Source: Mobula hypostoma
Taxonomy: Eukaryota
Length of the DNA stretch: 64,000 nucleotides
NCBI RefSeq assembly: GCF_963921235.1
Contig: NC_086108.1
Coordinates: 18,352,001-18,416,000, forward strand
Direction of reading: 5' to 3'
Part shown: positions 49,511 through 60,950 of the stretch, one piece after another
Position numbering within the stretch: the stretch's first letter is position 1
Layout of the letters: each line of letters starts with the position of its first letter
The notes under the pieces: model-generated
What the model saw: the letters and a program-made list of their open reading frames with translations, nothing else
What the model was told of the DNA's origin: nothing
Database searches by the model: none
Position numbers and translations under genes: made by a program

Positions 49511-52249
49511 ATAGACAATAGACAATAGGTGCAGAAGTAGACCATTCGGCCCTTTGAGCCTGCACCGCCATTCTGAGATCATGGCTGATCATCTACTATC
49601 AATACCCAGTTCTTGCCTTGCCCCATAACCCTTGATTCCCCTATCCATAAGATACCTATCTAGCTCCTTCTTGAAAGCATCCAGAGAATTGGCCTCCACT
49701 GCCTTCTGAAGCAGCGCATTCCACACCTCCACACCTCTCTGGGAGAAGAAGTTCCTCCTCAACTCTTTCCTAAATGACCTACCCCTTATTCTTAAACCAT
49801 GCCCTCTGGTACTGGACTCTCCCAGCATCTGGAACATATTTCCTGCCTCTATCTTGTTCAAACCCTTAATAATCCTATATGTCTCAATCAGATCCCCCCT
49901 CAATCTCCTCAATTCCAGCTTGTAAAAGCCCAGTCTCTCTAACCTCTCTGCGTAAGACAGTCCGGACATCCCAGGAATTAACCTAGTGAACCTACGCTGC
50001 ACCTCCTCCACAGCCAGGATGTCCTTCCTTAACCCTGGAGACCAAAACTGCACACAATACTCCAGGTGTGGTCTCACCAGGGCCCTGTACAAATGCTAAA
50101 GGATTTCCTTGCTCTTGTACTCAATTCCCTTTGTAATAAAGGCCAACATTCCATTAGCCTTCTTCACTGTCTGCTGCACTTGCTCATTCACCTTCAGAGA
50201 CTGATGAACAAGTACCCCTAGATCTCTTTGTATTTCTCCTTTACCTAACTCCACACCGTTCAGATAATGATCTGCCTTCCTGTTCTTGCTCCCAAAGCGA
50301 ATAACCTCACACTTATTCACATTAAACGCCATCTGCCAAGTTTCTGCCCACTCACCCAGCCTATCCAGGTCACCTTGAATTCTCCTAACATCCTCATCAC
50401 ATGTCACACTGCCACCCAGCTTAGTATCATCAGCAAACTTGCTGATGTTATTCACAATGCCTTCCTCTAAATCATTGACGTAAATCGTAAACAGCTGTGG
50501 TCCCAATATCGAGCCCTGTGGCACCCCACTAGTCACCACCTGCCATTCCGAGAAACACCCATTCACTGCTACCCTTTGCTTTCTATCTGCCAACCAGTTT
50601 TCTATCCATGTCAATATCCTCTCCCCAATGCCATGAGCTCTAATTTTACCCACCAATCTCCTATGTGGTACCTTATCAAATGCCTTCTGAAAGTCAAGGT
50701 ACACCACATCCACTGGATCTCCTGTGTCTATCTTCCTGGTTACATCCTCGAAAAACTCCAACAGATTATTCAAGCATGATTTGCCCTTGGTAAATCCATG
50801 CTGGCTCGGCCCAATCCTATCACTGCTATCAAGATATGCTGCTATTTCATCTTTAATAATGGACTCTAGCATCTTCCCCACTACTGTTGTTACAGGGCGA
50901 TAGTTCTCTGTTTTCTCCCTCCCTCCTTTCTTAAAAAGTGGGATAACATTAGCCATTCGCCAATCCTCAGGAACTGATCCTGAATCTAAAGAAAATGATC
51001 ACCAATGCATCCGCAATTTCCAGAGCCACCTCCTTTAGTACCCCAGGATGCAGACCATCTGGACCTGGGGATTTGTTAGCTTTCAGTCCCATCAGTCTAC
51101 TCATCACCGTTTCCTTCCTAATGTCAATCTGTCTCAGTTCCTCTGTTACCCTATGTCCTTGGCCCATCCATACATCTGGGACATTGCTTGTGTCTTCCCT
51201 AGTGAAGACAGATCCAAAGTACTTATTAAATTCATCTGCCATTTTTCTGTTTCCCATAACAATTTCTCCCAATTCATTCTTCAAGGGCCCAACATTGTTC
51301 TTAACTATCTTCCTTCTCTTCACATACCTAAAAAAACTTTTGCTATCCTCCTTTATATTCCTAGCTAGCTTGTGTTCATACCTCATTTTTTCTCCCCGTA
51401 TTGCCTTTTTAGTTAAGTTCTGTTGGTCCTTAAAAATTTCCCAATCATCCGTCTTCCCACTCACCTTAGCTCTGTTATACTTTTTTAATGCTATGCTATC
51501 TGACTTCCTTTGTCAACCACTGTGGCCACTTTCCCCCTTTGAATCCTTCCTTCTCCGGGGGATGAACTGATTTTGCACCTTGTGCATTATTCCCAAGAAT
51601 ACCTGCCATTGCTGCTCCACTGTCTTTTCTGCTAGGATATCCGACCAGTCAACTTTGGCCGGCTCCTCCCTCATGGCTCCATAGTCTCTTTTGTTAAACT
51701 GCATACTGACACTTCTGATCTGCCCTTATCCCTCTCAACTTGCAGATAAAAACTTATCATATTATGGTCACTACTTCCTAATGGCTCCTTTACTTCAAGA
51801 TCACTTATCAAATCCTGTTCATAAATCCAGAATAGCCTTATCCCTGGTCGGCTCTCGTACAAGCTGCTCCAAAAATGCATCCCGTAGGCACTCTACCAAC
51901 TCCCTATCCTGGGGTCCAGTACCAACCTGATTTTCCCAGTTCACCTGCATATTGAAATCCCCCATTACTACTGCGACATTCCCTTTGCCACATGCCATTG
52001 TTAACTCCCTATTCAACTTGCACCCAATATCCATGCTACTGTTTGGGGGCCTGTAGATAACACCTATTAGGGTCTTTTTGCCCTTACTGTTCCTCAGTTC
52101 TATCCACACTGATTCTATTTCTCCTGATTCTATGTCCCCCCTTGCAAGGGACTGAATCTCATTTCTCACCAACAGGGCAACCCCACCCCCTCTGCCCACC
52201 TTTCTGTCCCTTCGATAGCACGTATACCCTTGTACATTCAATTTCCAGG
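49511..52249 (-). mobile_element. CR1 subfamily E ((ATTGTCT)n tail)
   Basis: ORFs 49589-50092, 50096-50956, 50967-51464; APE part to about 52249. Confidence 0.93.
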
Positions 52250-52261
52250 TATAGTGTGTCT

Positions 52262-52586
52262 TTGTGAAAGTGAGGAAGGGAGAATAAAGAAATGAGAATG
52301 AGAAAGGGACGGGGGAGGGAGAAAGAGGGCATAGAGTGAGATGGAGTAAGAGAGAAAAGAAGAGATAAGAGAAAGATAAAGTATGAGAGAGGAGGACAAG
52401 AGGAAAAAGATGAGGGAGAAAAGAAAGTGAGAGAAATGGAGAAAGAGAGATAGACAAAGTCAGAGAGGATAGCAAGATTGAAAGAAAAAGGGAAAAGAGA
52501 CAGAATGGGAGAGTGAGAGAATGAAGAGGGAATGTGTGTGTGTGTGAGAGACAGAGAGAGAGATAGAGATAGAGAGTGAGAGAGAC
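52262..52586. repeat. Polypurine (GA-rich) low-complexity tract
   Basis: Direct observation. Confidence 0.85.
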
Positions 52587-52631
52587 TATCTGCAGACTGG
52601 TCAATGAGGTACAACCCTTTGTTCTCTACAG

Positions 52632-52744
52632 GTTCATTGGTTTCGTATAACCTGGCAAGCACTGGAGATCTGTACATGAGCATGCAGGCACTTAATGGGG
52701 ACACATTCCAGCAAACCCAGGTCGGCGCAAATGTGCAATCACAG
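52632..52744 (+). CDS. PBX: PBX-family exon (exon 7 equivalent, the a/b alternatively spliced exon)
   Basis: ttgttctctacag acceptor, CAG|gtaggg donor; 113 nt, phase 1 to 0; [38 protein letters not shown] aligns with PBX1/3 GS...[27 protein letters not shown]. Confidence 0.95.
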
Positions 52745-54707
52745 GTAGGGCATCACACAAACTGCTTCAAATGGCAGGGATGGATGGCGAGGCTCCCCAT
52801 TCCTTCATAAGATGAGAATGGTGCTCACTTCATCACTCACCAATGGTCAACCAGCAACTGTCCAGTGCAGACAGGGCCGACTGAGAAGCACATCATGGGG
52901 GAATAACCGGATGGTTCCACATGTGCCAGACCCCAGGGACACTAAGCAGCCTCCCTTGGCACCCGAAGGTGATGGTGTCAGTACTCTACACAGGGACACC
53001 CATAGGTAAAAATGTCTCAGAACCTTATATCCAGCCCTTCATTTCATTATGGGGTTGTGAAGCAGCTCTGTGATGTTGAATCACTTTGCCTTTGGTCCCA
53101 AAGCCCTGGCATGTCATGGTGCTAGTCCCAGCTTTGTTACTTAATGGTCTGGTTCCTTAGTAGCTGCTCCATCATCAAATCCTTCTAATAGTAGCCCACA
53201 TTGCATGCTTTGGGCTGAGATCGATGTGCTGCCTGACTATAGACTACTACAGACCAATGTCCCACCATGTGCCCCACTCTTCAACCCTTCTGTTAGCAGT
53301 CACAGATGTAACCCCGTGCTCACGGGCCAGTGATATCCTGAACTTGGCTGGTTTGTAAAATGCCATGGACAGTGGATAGTTCTGAACAGTTCAATCCAAC
53401 AACGTGAACACCCAGAGGCCATTCTCCTATTGTAGACAATTGTCCCATCCCATTTCCTGCACCACTGGTACGGTCCAATTCCTTTCCATTTACAAGGGCA
53501 GCGGAACCAGGAATGAGTGTGGCTCCCATTAGCAAGGAGGCAGATGTTTTGACATCTGTAGTCCGATTCCAGCTTACTACCACTCCACTGCCATTCCCTT
53601 CTGGGAAATGCAAGGAAATCAAAATAGTTTCAGAGATTGGGAGGGTGGAGCATCGTGTCCACAGGGGAGACTGGCCTCACGATTGGGTGATCATCTATCA
53701 GACCTGAAGGAAGTTTATAAGGTCATGAGAAATGTTCAGAGGGTTGATAGTCGTTATCTTTCTCCCAGAATAAAAATGTCAAAGGACATAACTTTGAGGT
53801 AGACACATAGAAAACCTACAGCAGAATACAGGCCCTTCGGCCCACAAAGTTGTGCCGAACATGTCCCCACATGTCCCTAGATGAGGGAGGAGAAGTTTAA
53901 AGGGGATGAAGGTTTTTTAGACTGTGAGTGGTAGGTGCCTGAGATTGGCTGCTGGTGGGGAGGGTGGAATTGGTGTTGGCTGATACAGTAATGGCTTTCA
54001 AAAGGCTTTTAAATGGTACATGTATATGCAGAGAATGGGGGGAACACGGATCATAAGCAGGCAGAAGGAGTTAGCAGTAAGGAGAGGTTGGACGAATTTG
54101 GACTGTTTTCTCTAGAGCATCAGGAGACCTCGTAGATATTTATGAAATGATAAGTGGCATAGGGTAGATAGGGTCTTTTCCCAGGGTGGAAACATCAAGT
54201 TCTAGGGGGCATAGCTTTCAGTGAGGTGGGAGTAGGGAGGAGGGGAAGTTTAAAGGAACTTACCACCTTCCACAGTAGGCGTCTCTAACTTGTTACTCTT
54301 TGCACCAAAAAATTTTCTGTATTTTCAGGTCATGTAGTATTGGAAGCAGATACAATCGTGGCTTTCAGATAGACACATGAATGTGCAGGGAATGGGGGTA
54401 TGGGTCATTTGCAGGCAGAAGGGATTTGTTTAATTTGCCATCATTCTCAGCACAGTCATTATTGCCTGAAGGCTCTGACCCTGCGCTATATTATTCAATG
54501 TTCATCTGTCCAGCAAGGCTGGCAATGGGGTTGGTGTTGCAAGACAGAGGCTCAAAAGATCTTTATTTGACCACAGGAGCCCACGAGAGGTGGAAAAGGG
54601 GTGCAAAAGGTTTGTAAGTCTTTGTGGTGTCAGAAGTCCTACCTTCTGCTGGCTGCAGCAGAACAGTGCAAGGTCACAGCCATAGCAGACTCTTCTTTCT
54701 TTTCCAG

Positions 54708-54797
54708 GTGGATTCCTTGCGTCATGTCATCAACCAAACCGGAGGATACAGCGATACCCTGGGAACAGGTCGGATGTACAGTCCACAGCCCTTGAAT
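54708..54797 (+). CDS. PBX: PBX-family exon (exon 8 equivalent)
   Basis: ttctttcttttccag acceptor, |gtaagg donor; 90 nt; [30 protein letters not shown]. Confidence 0.95.
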
Positions 54798-57359
54798 GTA
54801 AGGAAACTGTCCCCTCCTCCTCTCTATCCTCAGTCATACAGCCTGTAGCAAAAAGCCCAACCTTTAGGTGTTGATCTCCTCCTCTCCTCCTAACTGCAGC
54901 ATAACTCACCCTCTTGCTCAGCAGCCACCTTGCATGCTTCAATGGGACTTTCATACACCAGCTGCTTCATGTACACTTCTACAATCTCCTGAACTAAACA
55001 GAAGCGAGAGAAGGCCATTCAGCTCCTCATCTTCTTCTGTCATTCCATGAAGTCACAGCTATTTTCTTCACAGCTCTTATAAACCTTGAGTCAAACTAGA
55101 TCCACAGTACATTGATAAAACACTAATCTGTGATTAGCTACAATTGGACCCTTCCTGGTTTTAGACAACTAATCTTATGCCCAGCCAGAGTTTACCCCAA
55201 ACAAAAGGAAAACTTCAATGAGATGAGATGGTCCAAAGGAGCTCAAGGATAATGTTAAATTGAAAAGTAGGATGCACAATCCAGCAAGGACTAATGGTAG
55301 ACCAGAGGAATGAGATGTTTCTAAAGGTCTTGCAGCAGACAATTAAAAACACTCACATTTCTGTGAATATACTGTATAAATAGAGGAAGGTAGCTAAGGT
55401 GAGAATTGAGCCCCTAGAGCAGGGGTTCCCAATGAGGAGCCACAGACACCTCAATTAATAGTATACTTTTTTAGTTCTTCTACCAAAGTGCATGACCATA
55501 AACTTCCCGACACTGTATTCCATCTGCCATTTCAATGCTGATTCTCCTAATTTGTCTAAGTCCTTATGTAGCTTCTCTACTGCCTCAAAATTACCTGCCC
55601 CTCTACCTATTTTTATATCATCTGCAAACTCTGCAACAAAGCCATCAATTTCATCCTCTATATCATTGACATATAACGTAAAAAGGATCTGTCCCAAAAG
55701 AGATCTCTGTGGAACACCACGTCACTGGAAGCCAACCAGAAAAGGATCGCTTTATTCCCATTCTTTTCCACCTGCTAATCAGCCTTTTTTTTTGCATGTT
55801 AGAATCTTTCCTGTAATACCATGGGTTCATAACTTATTAAGAAGCCTCACATGTGGCGCCTTGTCAAAGGCCTTCTGAAAATCTAGGTACAAGCATCAAC
55901 CCATTCTCCTTTGTCTCTCCTGCTTGTTATTTCCTTAATGAATTCCAACAGATTTGTCAGGCAAGATTTTCCCTTGAGGAAACCATGCTGACTTTGGCCT
56001 ACTTGTCATGGTACCCTGAGACCTCATTTCCTACCATCTGAGGTCAGACCTGAGGTCTTGCTTCCTTCTTGAAGAGTGGAGAGACACTTGCAATTTTCCA
56101 GTCTTCCAGTACCATTCCAGAAACTAGTAATTCTTGAAAGATCATTACTAATGCCTCCACGATCTCTTCAACCACCTCTTTCAGAACCCTGGGGAGTTCA
56201 CCATCTGGTCCAGGTGACTTATCTACCTTCAGACCTTTCAGGTTCCTAAGAACTTTGTCTCTGTTTATGGTAACTTCACACACCTCATGACCCCTGACAT
56301 CTAGAACTTCAACCATACTGCTGGTGTCTTCCACGTTGACGGATGGAAATTACTTACTCAGTTCATCCGCCATTTCCTTGTCCCCATTTCTACCGCTCTA
56401 ACATCATTTTCCCATGGTCTGATATCCACCCTTGCCTCACTTTTACACTTTATGCATCCGAAGACACTTTTGGTATCCTCTTTAATATTATTGGCGCCTA
56501 GTTTCATATTCAATCTTTACCTTCTTAATGACTTTTTAGTCGCCTTCTGTTAGTTTTTAAAAGCTTCCCAATCCTCTAAATTTGCACTAATTTTTGCTCT
56601 ATTATGTGCCCTCTCTTTGGCTTTTATGTTGGCTTTGGCTTATCTTGTTAGCCAGAATTGTGTCTTCTTTCTTTTAGAATACTTCTTCCTCTTTGAGACA
56701 TATATATACAGTGCCTTCCATAATGGTTCCAGAAATTCCTGCCATTGCTGCACTGCCATCATCCCTGCCAGTGTTCTTTTCAAATCACTTCTGACCAAAC
56801 CCTTTCTCATGCCTCATTAATTCCCTTTACGTCACTGTAATACTGCTACATCTGACTTTAGCTTCTCCTTCTCAAATTTCATGGTGAATTCAATCATGTT
56901 ATGATCACATTCCCCTAAGGGTTCTTTTACCTTAAGCTTGCTAATGAATTATGATTCATTGCACGGCACCCAATCCAGAATAGCTGATCCCCTAGTATGT
57001 TCAACCACAACCTGCTCTAAAAAACCATCTCGTAGGTATTCTAGAAATTCACACTCTTAAACCCTGCACCAACCTGATTTTCCCAATCTACATCCATACT
57101 GAAATCCCCCATAACTATTGTCACATTCAAACACGAGGATATCTGCAGATGCTGGAAATTCAAGCAAGATTTCTCTTACTATCTCTTCTTTCAGTTAGTC
57201 CTGACGAAGGGTCTCGGCCCTAAACGTCGACTGTTCTTCTTCCTATGGACGCTGTCTGGCCTGCTGCATTCCACCAGCATTTTGTGTGTGTGACTATTGT
57301 GACATTGCCCTTTTGGCATGCATTTTCTATCTCCCATTGTAATTTGTAGATCACATCCT

Positions 57360-57623
57360 GGTGGCGTAGTGGCATCAGCGCTGGACTTTGGGGTGAGAGA
57401 TCCCGAGTTCAAATCCGATCGGCTCCCTTGCACGCCTTCCATCTGTGCCAGGGTTGAGTGTCGAGCTAACAACACAACCTCGTTAAAAAAAAGCCTGGCG
57501 AGGGATGGGTTCTGTCAGGTTTCATATGCCCAAGGCACGCCATATGATGAGCATACCAAAAGCTTGTCATGATGGCGCCCTAACGACTCCACCAGGAGTT
57601 AAGGGCGCGCACACACACACACA
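57360..57623 (+). mobile_element. tRNA-derived SINE with (CA)n tail
   Basis: A-box TGGCGTAGTGG 57362-57372, B-box GAGTTCAAATCC 57405-57416; TSD CACATCCT at 57352-57359 and 57624-57631. Confidence 0.85.
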
Positions 57624-57869
57624 CACATCCTTACTACTGTTTGTGAGTTTGTACATTACTCCCATCATTTTATCCTTGCAGTTCCTTATCTCTATCCACA
57701 ACGCTTCAAAACCTTCCAACCTTATTTCACCTTTTTCTGAAAATTTGATTTTATTTTTTACCAGCAGAACAATGCCACCCACTCTGCCTTCCTACCTATC
57801 TTTTTGATACAATGTTTCCTTGTATGTTAAGCTCCCGTTTATAATCTTCTTTCAGCCATTATTCAGTGA

Positions 57870-58549
57870 TTAGATTAGATTATGAGGATACGCAGTCCTC
57901 TTTTATTGTCATTTAGTAATGCATGCATTAAGAAATGATAAAATGTTCCTCCAGTGTGATATCACAGAAACACAAGACAGACCAAGACTGAAAAACTGAC
58001 AAAAACCACATAATTATAACATATAATTACAACAGTGAAAGCAATGCTGTAATTTGATAGAGAACAGACCATGGGCACGGTAAAAAAAGTCTCAAAGTCC
58101 CTCGAAAGTCCCATTATCTCACGCAGACAGGTAGAAGGAAGGAAACTCTCCCTGCCATGAGCTTCCAGCACCGCAAACTTGCCGATGCAGCATCCTGGAA
58201 GCACCCGACCACATTCCGACTCTTGAGTCCGTCCGAAAACTTCGAGCCTCCGACCAGCTCTCCGACACCGAGCACCAAGCACCATCTCTGCCAAGCGCTT
58301 CGACCCCAGCCCTAGCCGCCAGAAACAGGCAAAGCCGAGGATTTGGGGCCTTCCCCTCCGGAGATTCTTGATCACACAGTAGCAGCGGCAGCAAACCGGG
58401 CATTTCAGAAGTTTCTCCAGATGTTCTTCCGTGCTTCTCACGTCTGTCTCCATCAAATCAAAATTGTGCACGGCATCCTACTTACAAATACCGATATCAT
58501 TCACCGGAGAGGCCGCACGCGCTGCGTTGCGCGGCCATCTTCTCCTCCC
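57870..58549 (-). mobile_element. Non-autonomous non-LTR retroelement, copy 2 ((TCTAA)n tail)
   Basis: Colinear with 34262-34870; host CR1 rejoins as cagtgat|gccaacaac. Confidence 0.75.
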
Positions 58550-59234
58550 TGCCAACAACATCATATATGCCAATCTGTAACTATGCTACAGGTTCATCTA
58601 CCTTTTCCCATATACTGCGCGCATTCAAATATAACATCTGCAGTCCTGTATTCACCATTTTCGATTTTGTCTGCCTTTTTTGTTGCAACTCATCCTGTTG
58701 ACTGCAATGGTTGGGGTTCATGCACTAAAGAATGAGGCTGGTGAATTAATAATTGAAAAGAAAGATAATTGAATGAATTGTTTGCTCAGTTTTCACCATG
58801 GAACACATTGTTGGTATCCCTTAAAATATCACATGGGCTAATTTGAAATAACATGGTGGAATTACAATAATTCCAATTGCACTGGGTACAACTTTGGAGA
58901 AACTTGGTGGGGGGGCCGGTTGAGAGAGAGTGTAAAGATGGGCAGGACCCAATGGATTGCACTCTGGGGCTTCTAAGGAAGTGGCTGCAAGATAGTAGAC
59001 ATATTTAAATATTTTTGCTAAACTCCAAGAGGGAACCAAAAGATTGGAAAACTGCCAAAACTTGCTTAAAAAAAGAGAAAGGCAGAATGCAGGGAACAAT
59101 AAACCAGTGACTGTAACATTTATAATTGCCAAGATGCTTTCGTCAAAAATGAAAGAAAGAATAATCAATTATTTAGAAAAGCTGAATATAATCAAACCTA
59201 CTGTATTTCACAATTTTGGCATCATTACACTGGC

Positions 59235-60670
59235 TGCCTGATACTCAGTTATATTTAAGGCTCTGAATGATATAGCTCCTCTGTATATTTTGGAGTGTTA
59301 CATCCTGAATCGTAATCTTAGATCCAGAAATACTGATTTGCTTAGATTTCCTAGAGAATTGAATTGACTTTATTTCTTACATCCTTCACATACATGAGGA
59401 GTAAAAATCTCTATGTTACGTCTCCGTCTAAATGTGCAATCATAGTAATTTATAATAATTTATATTAAATAGAACAGTCAAAGTAACATAGAAATACACT
59501 CAAATCAGTATGAGTTAATCAGTCTGATGGCCTGGTGGAAGAAGCTGTCCCGGAGCCTGCTGGAATAGATTGTGGTTGGGGTGACTTGGGTCCCCAATGA
59601 TCCTACAGGCCCTTTTTACACACCTGTCCATGTAAGTGTCCTGAATCATAGGAAGTTTACAACTACAGATGCGCTGGGCTGTCCGCACCATTCTCTTCAG
59701 AGTCCTGCAATTACGGGAGGTACATTTCCCATACCAGGCAGTGATGCAGCCAGTCAGGATGCTCTCAATTGTGCCCCTGTAGAAAGTTCTGAGGATTTGG
59801 GGGCCCATACCAAACTTCCTCAACCGTATGAAGTGAAAGAGGTGCTGTTGTGCCTTTTTCACCACACAGCTGGTGTGTACAGACCACGTGAGGTCCTTGG
59901 TGATGTGGACGCTGAGGAATTTGAAGCTGTTTACCTTCTCAGTCCCAGGTAGATTGATGTCAGTAGGGGTTAGCCCGTCTCCATTCCTCCTGTAATCCAC
60001 AACTAGCTCTTTTGCTTTTGTGACATTGAGGAAGAGGTTGTTTTCTTGACACCACTGTGTCAGAGAGATGACTTCTTCCCTGTACTTCTTCTTCCCCTCT
60101 GTATTGTTTGAGATAAGGTCAATCAATGTAGTGTCATTCGCAAATTTAATTAGCAGACTAGAACTGTGGGTGGCGGCACAGTCATGGGTATACGAGTAAA
60201 GGAGGGGACTTAGCACACAGCACTGAGGGGCTCCTGTATTGAGATTCAGAAGGGTGCAGGTGAGGTTCCCACTCTTACCACCTGCCGGCAATCTGACAGG
60301 AAGTCCAAGAACCAAGCATACAAGAACTGGTGATGCAGCCTTTTGTTTTTACGCCCCAAAAATTGTGGAATGCTCTTACAGACTGACATAGGCCAGGCTA
60401 GTACTGTGGAATGTTTCAAAACACTTCTAAAAACCGGCTTTTAGCCTATTTATAGGGTTATTTAATGCCTGAAGATGTTGATTGCACTTATATAATTTGG
60501 TATATTCAATTACATTTATTCTATATAATGTTTATCTTATGATTTTAATTGTATTTTTATGACTATATTACTTTATTGTTACATTTTATGTAAAGTATTT
60601 TGAACCTGTATCATAATGTATGAAAGGTGCTATATAAAGGTGCTAATAATAATAATAATTATTATTATTA
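59235..60670 (+). mobile_element. L2-like LINE 3' fragment split by a Rex1/Babar copy
   Basis: FKALNDIAPLYI...RNLRS...; GDAAFCFYAPK.WNAL; (taa)n tail 60645-60670. Confidence 0.6.
59357..60322 (-). mobile_element. Rex1/Babar LINE RT fragment
   Basis: ORF 59515-60315: TGAPQCCVLSPLLY, KFANDTT, FYRGTIESILTGCITAWYG. Confidence 0.85.
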
Positions 60671-60950
60671 AGTAGGTAAGAAAGCAAATGGTATTTGAGC
60701 TTCTTCGCAAAGAGGGATTAAAATTGATGCAGTTTTATTACAGTTATACAGGGTGTTGATGAAGCCACACCCTGAGTACTACATACAATTCGGTCCTCTT
60801 GCCCAAAACAGATGTAGTATGGATGGAGGCAGTCCAAATAAGATTCACCAGAATAATTCCTAGGATGAGAGGGCTGTTCTACCAAGAAAGAAAGGGCAGT
60901 TTAGATTTGTATTCTGTGGAGCTTAGAAAAATGAGAGGTGATCTCATTAA

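Larger units (their letters stand above)
55455..58700 (-). mobile_element. Old CR1 (subfamily B-related) with three nested insertions
   Basis: ORF fragments 55455-55697, 56044-56334 and 57567-57782; host continues at 58550. Confidence 0.8.

Noticed and set aside
51819..52704. Leu/Ser/Phe-rich - strand ORFs resembling membrane proteins
   Set aside because: Translation of the GA-rich low-complexity tract fused to a CR1 fragment.
52812..53005. Possible extra exon (cataag|ATG...CATAG|gtaaaa)
   Set aside because: It would need a 67-nt intron, its 194 nt shift the frame, the donor is weak, and it has no PBX similarity.
53320..53622. 100-aa - strand ORF in unique sequence; likewise 23763-24140
   Set aside because: No recognisable domain or splice structure; the length is within chance expectation.
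57360..57430. tRNA gene
   Set aside because: A/B boxes are present but continue into a SINE body with tail and TSD; there is no convincing cloverleaf or terminator.
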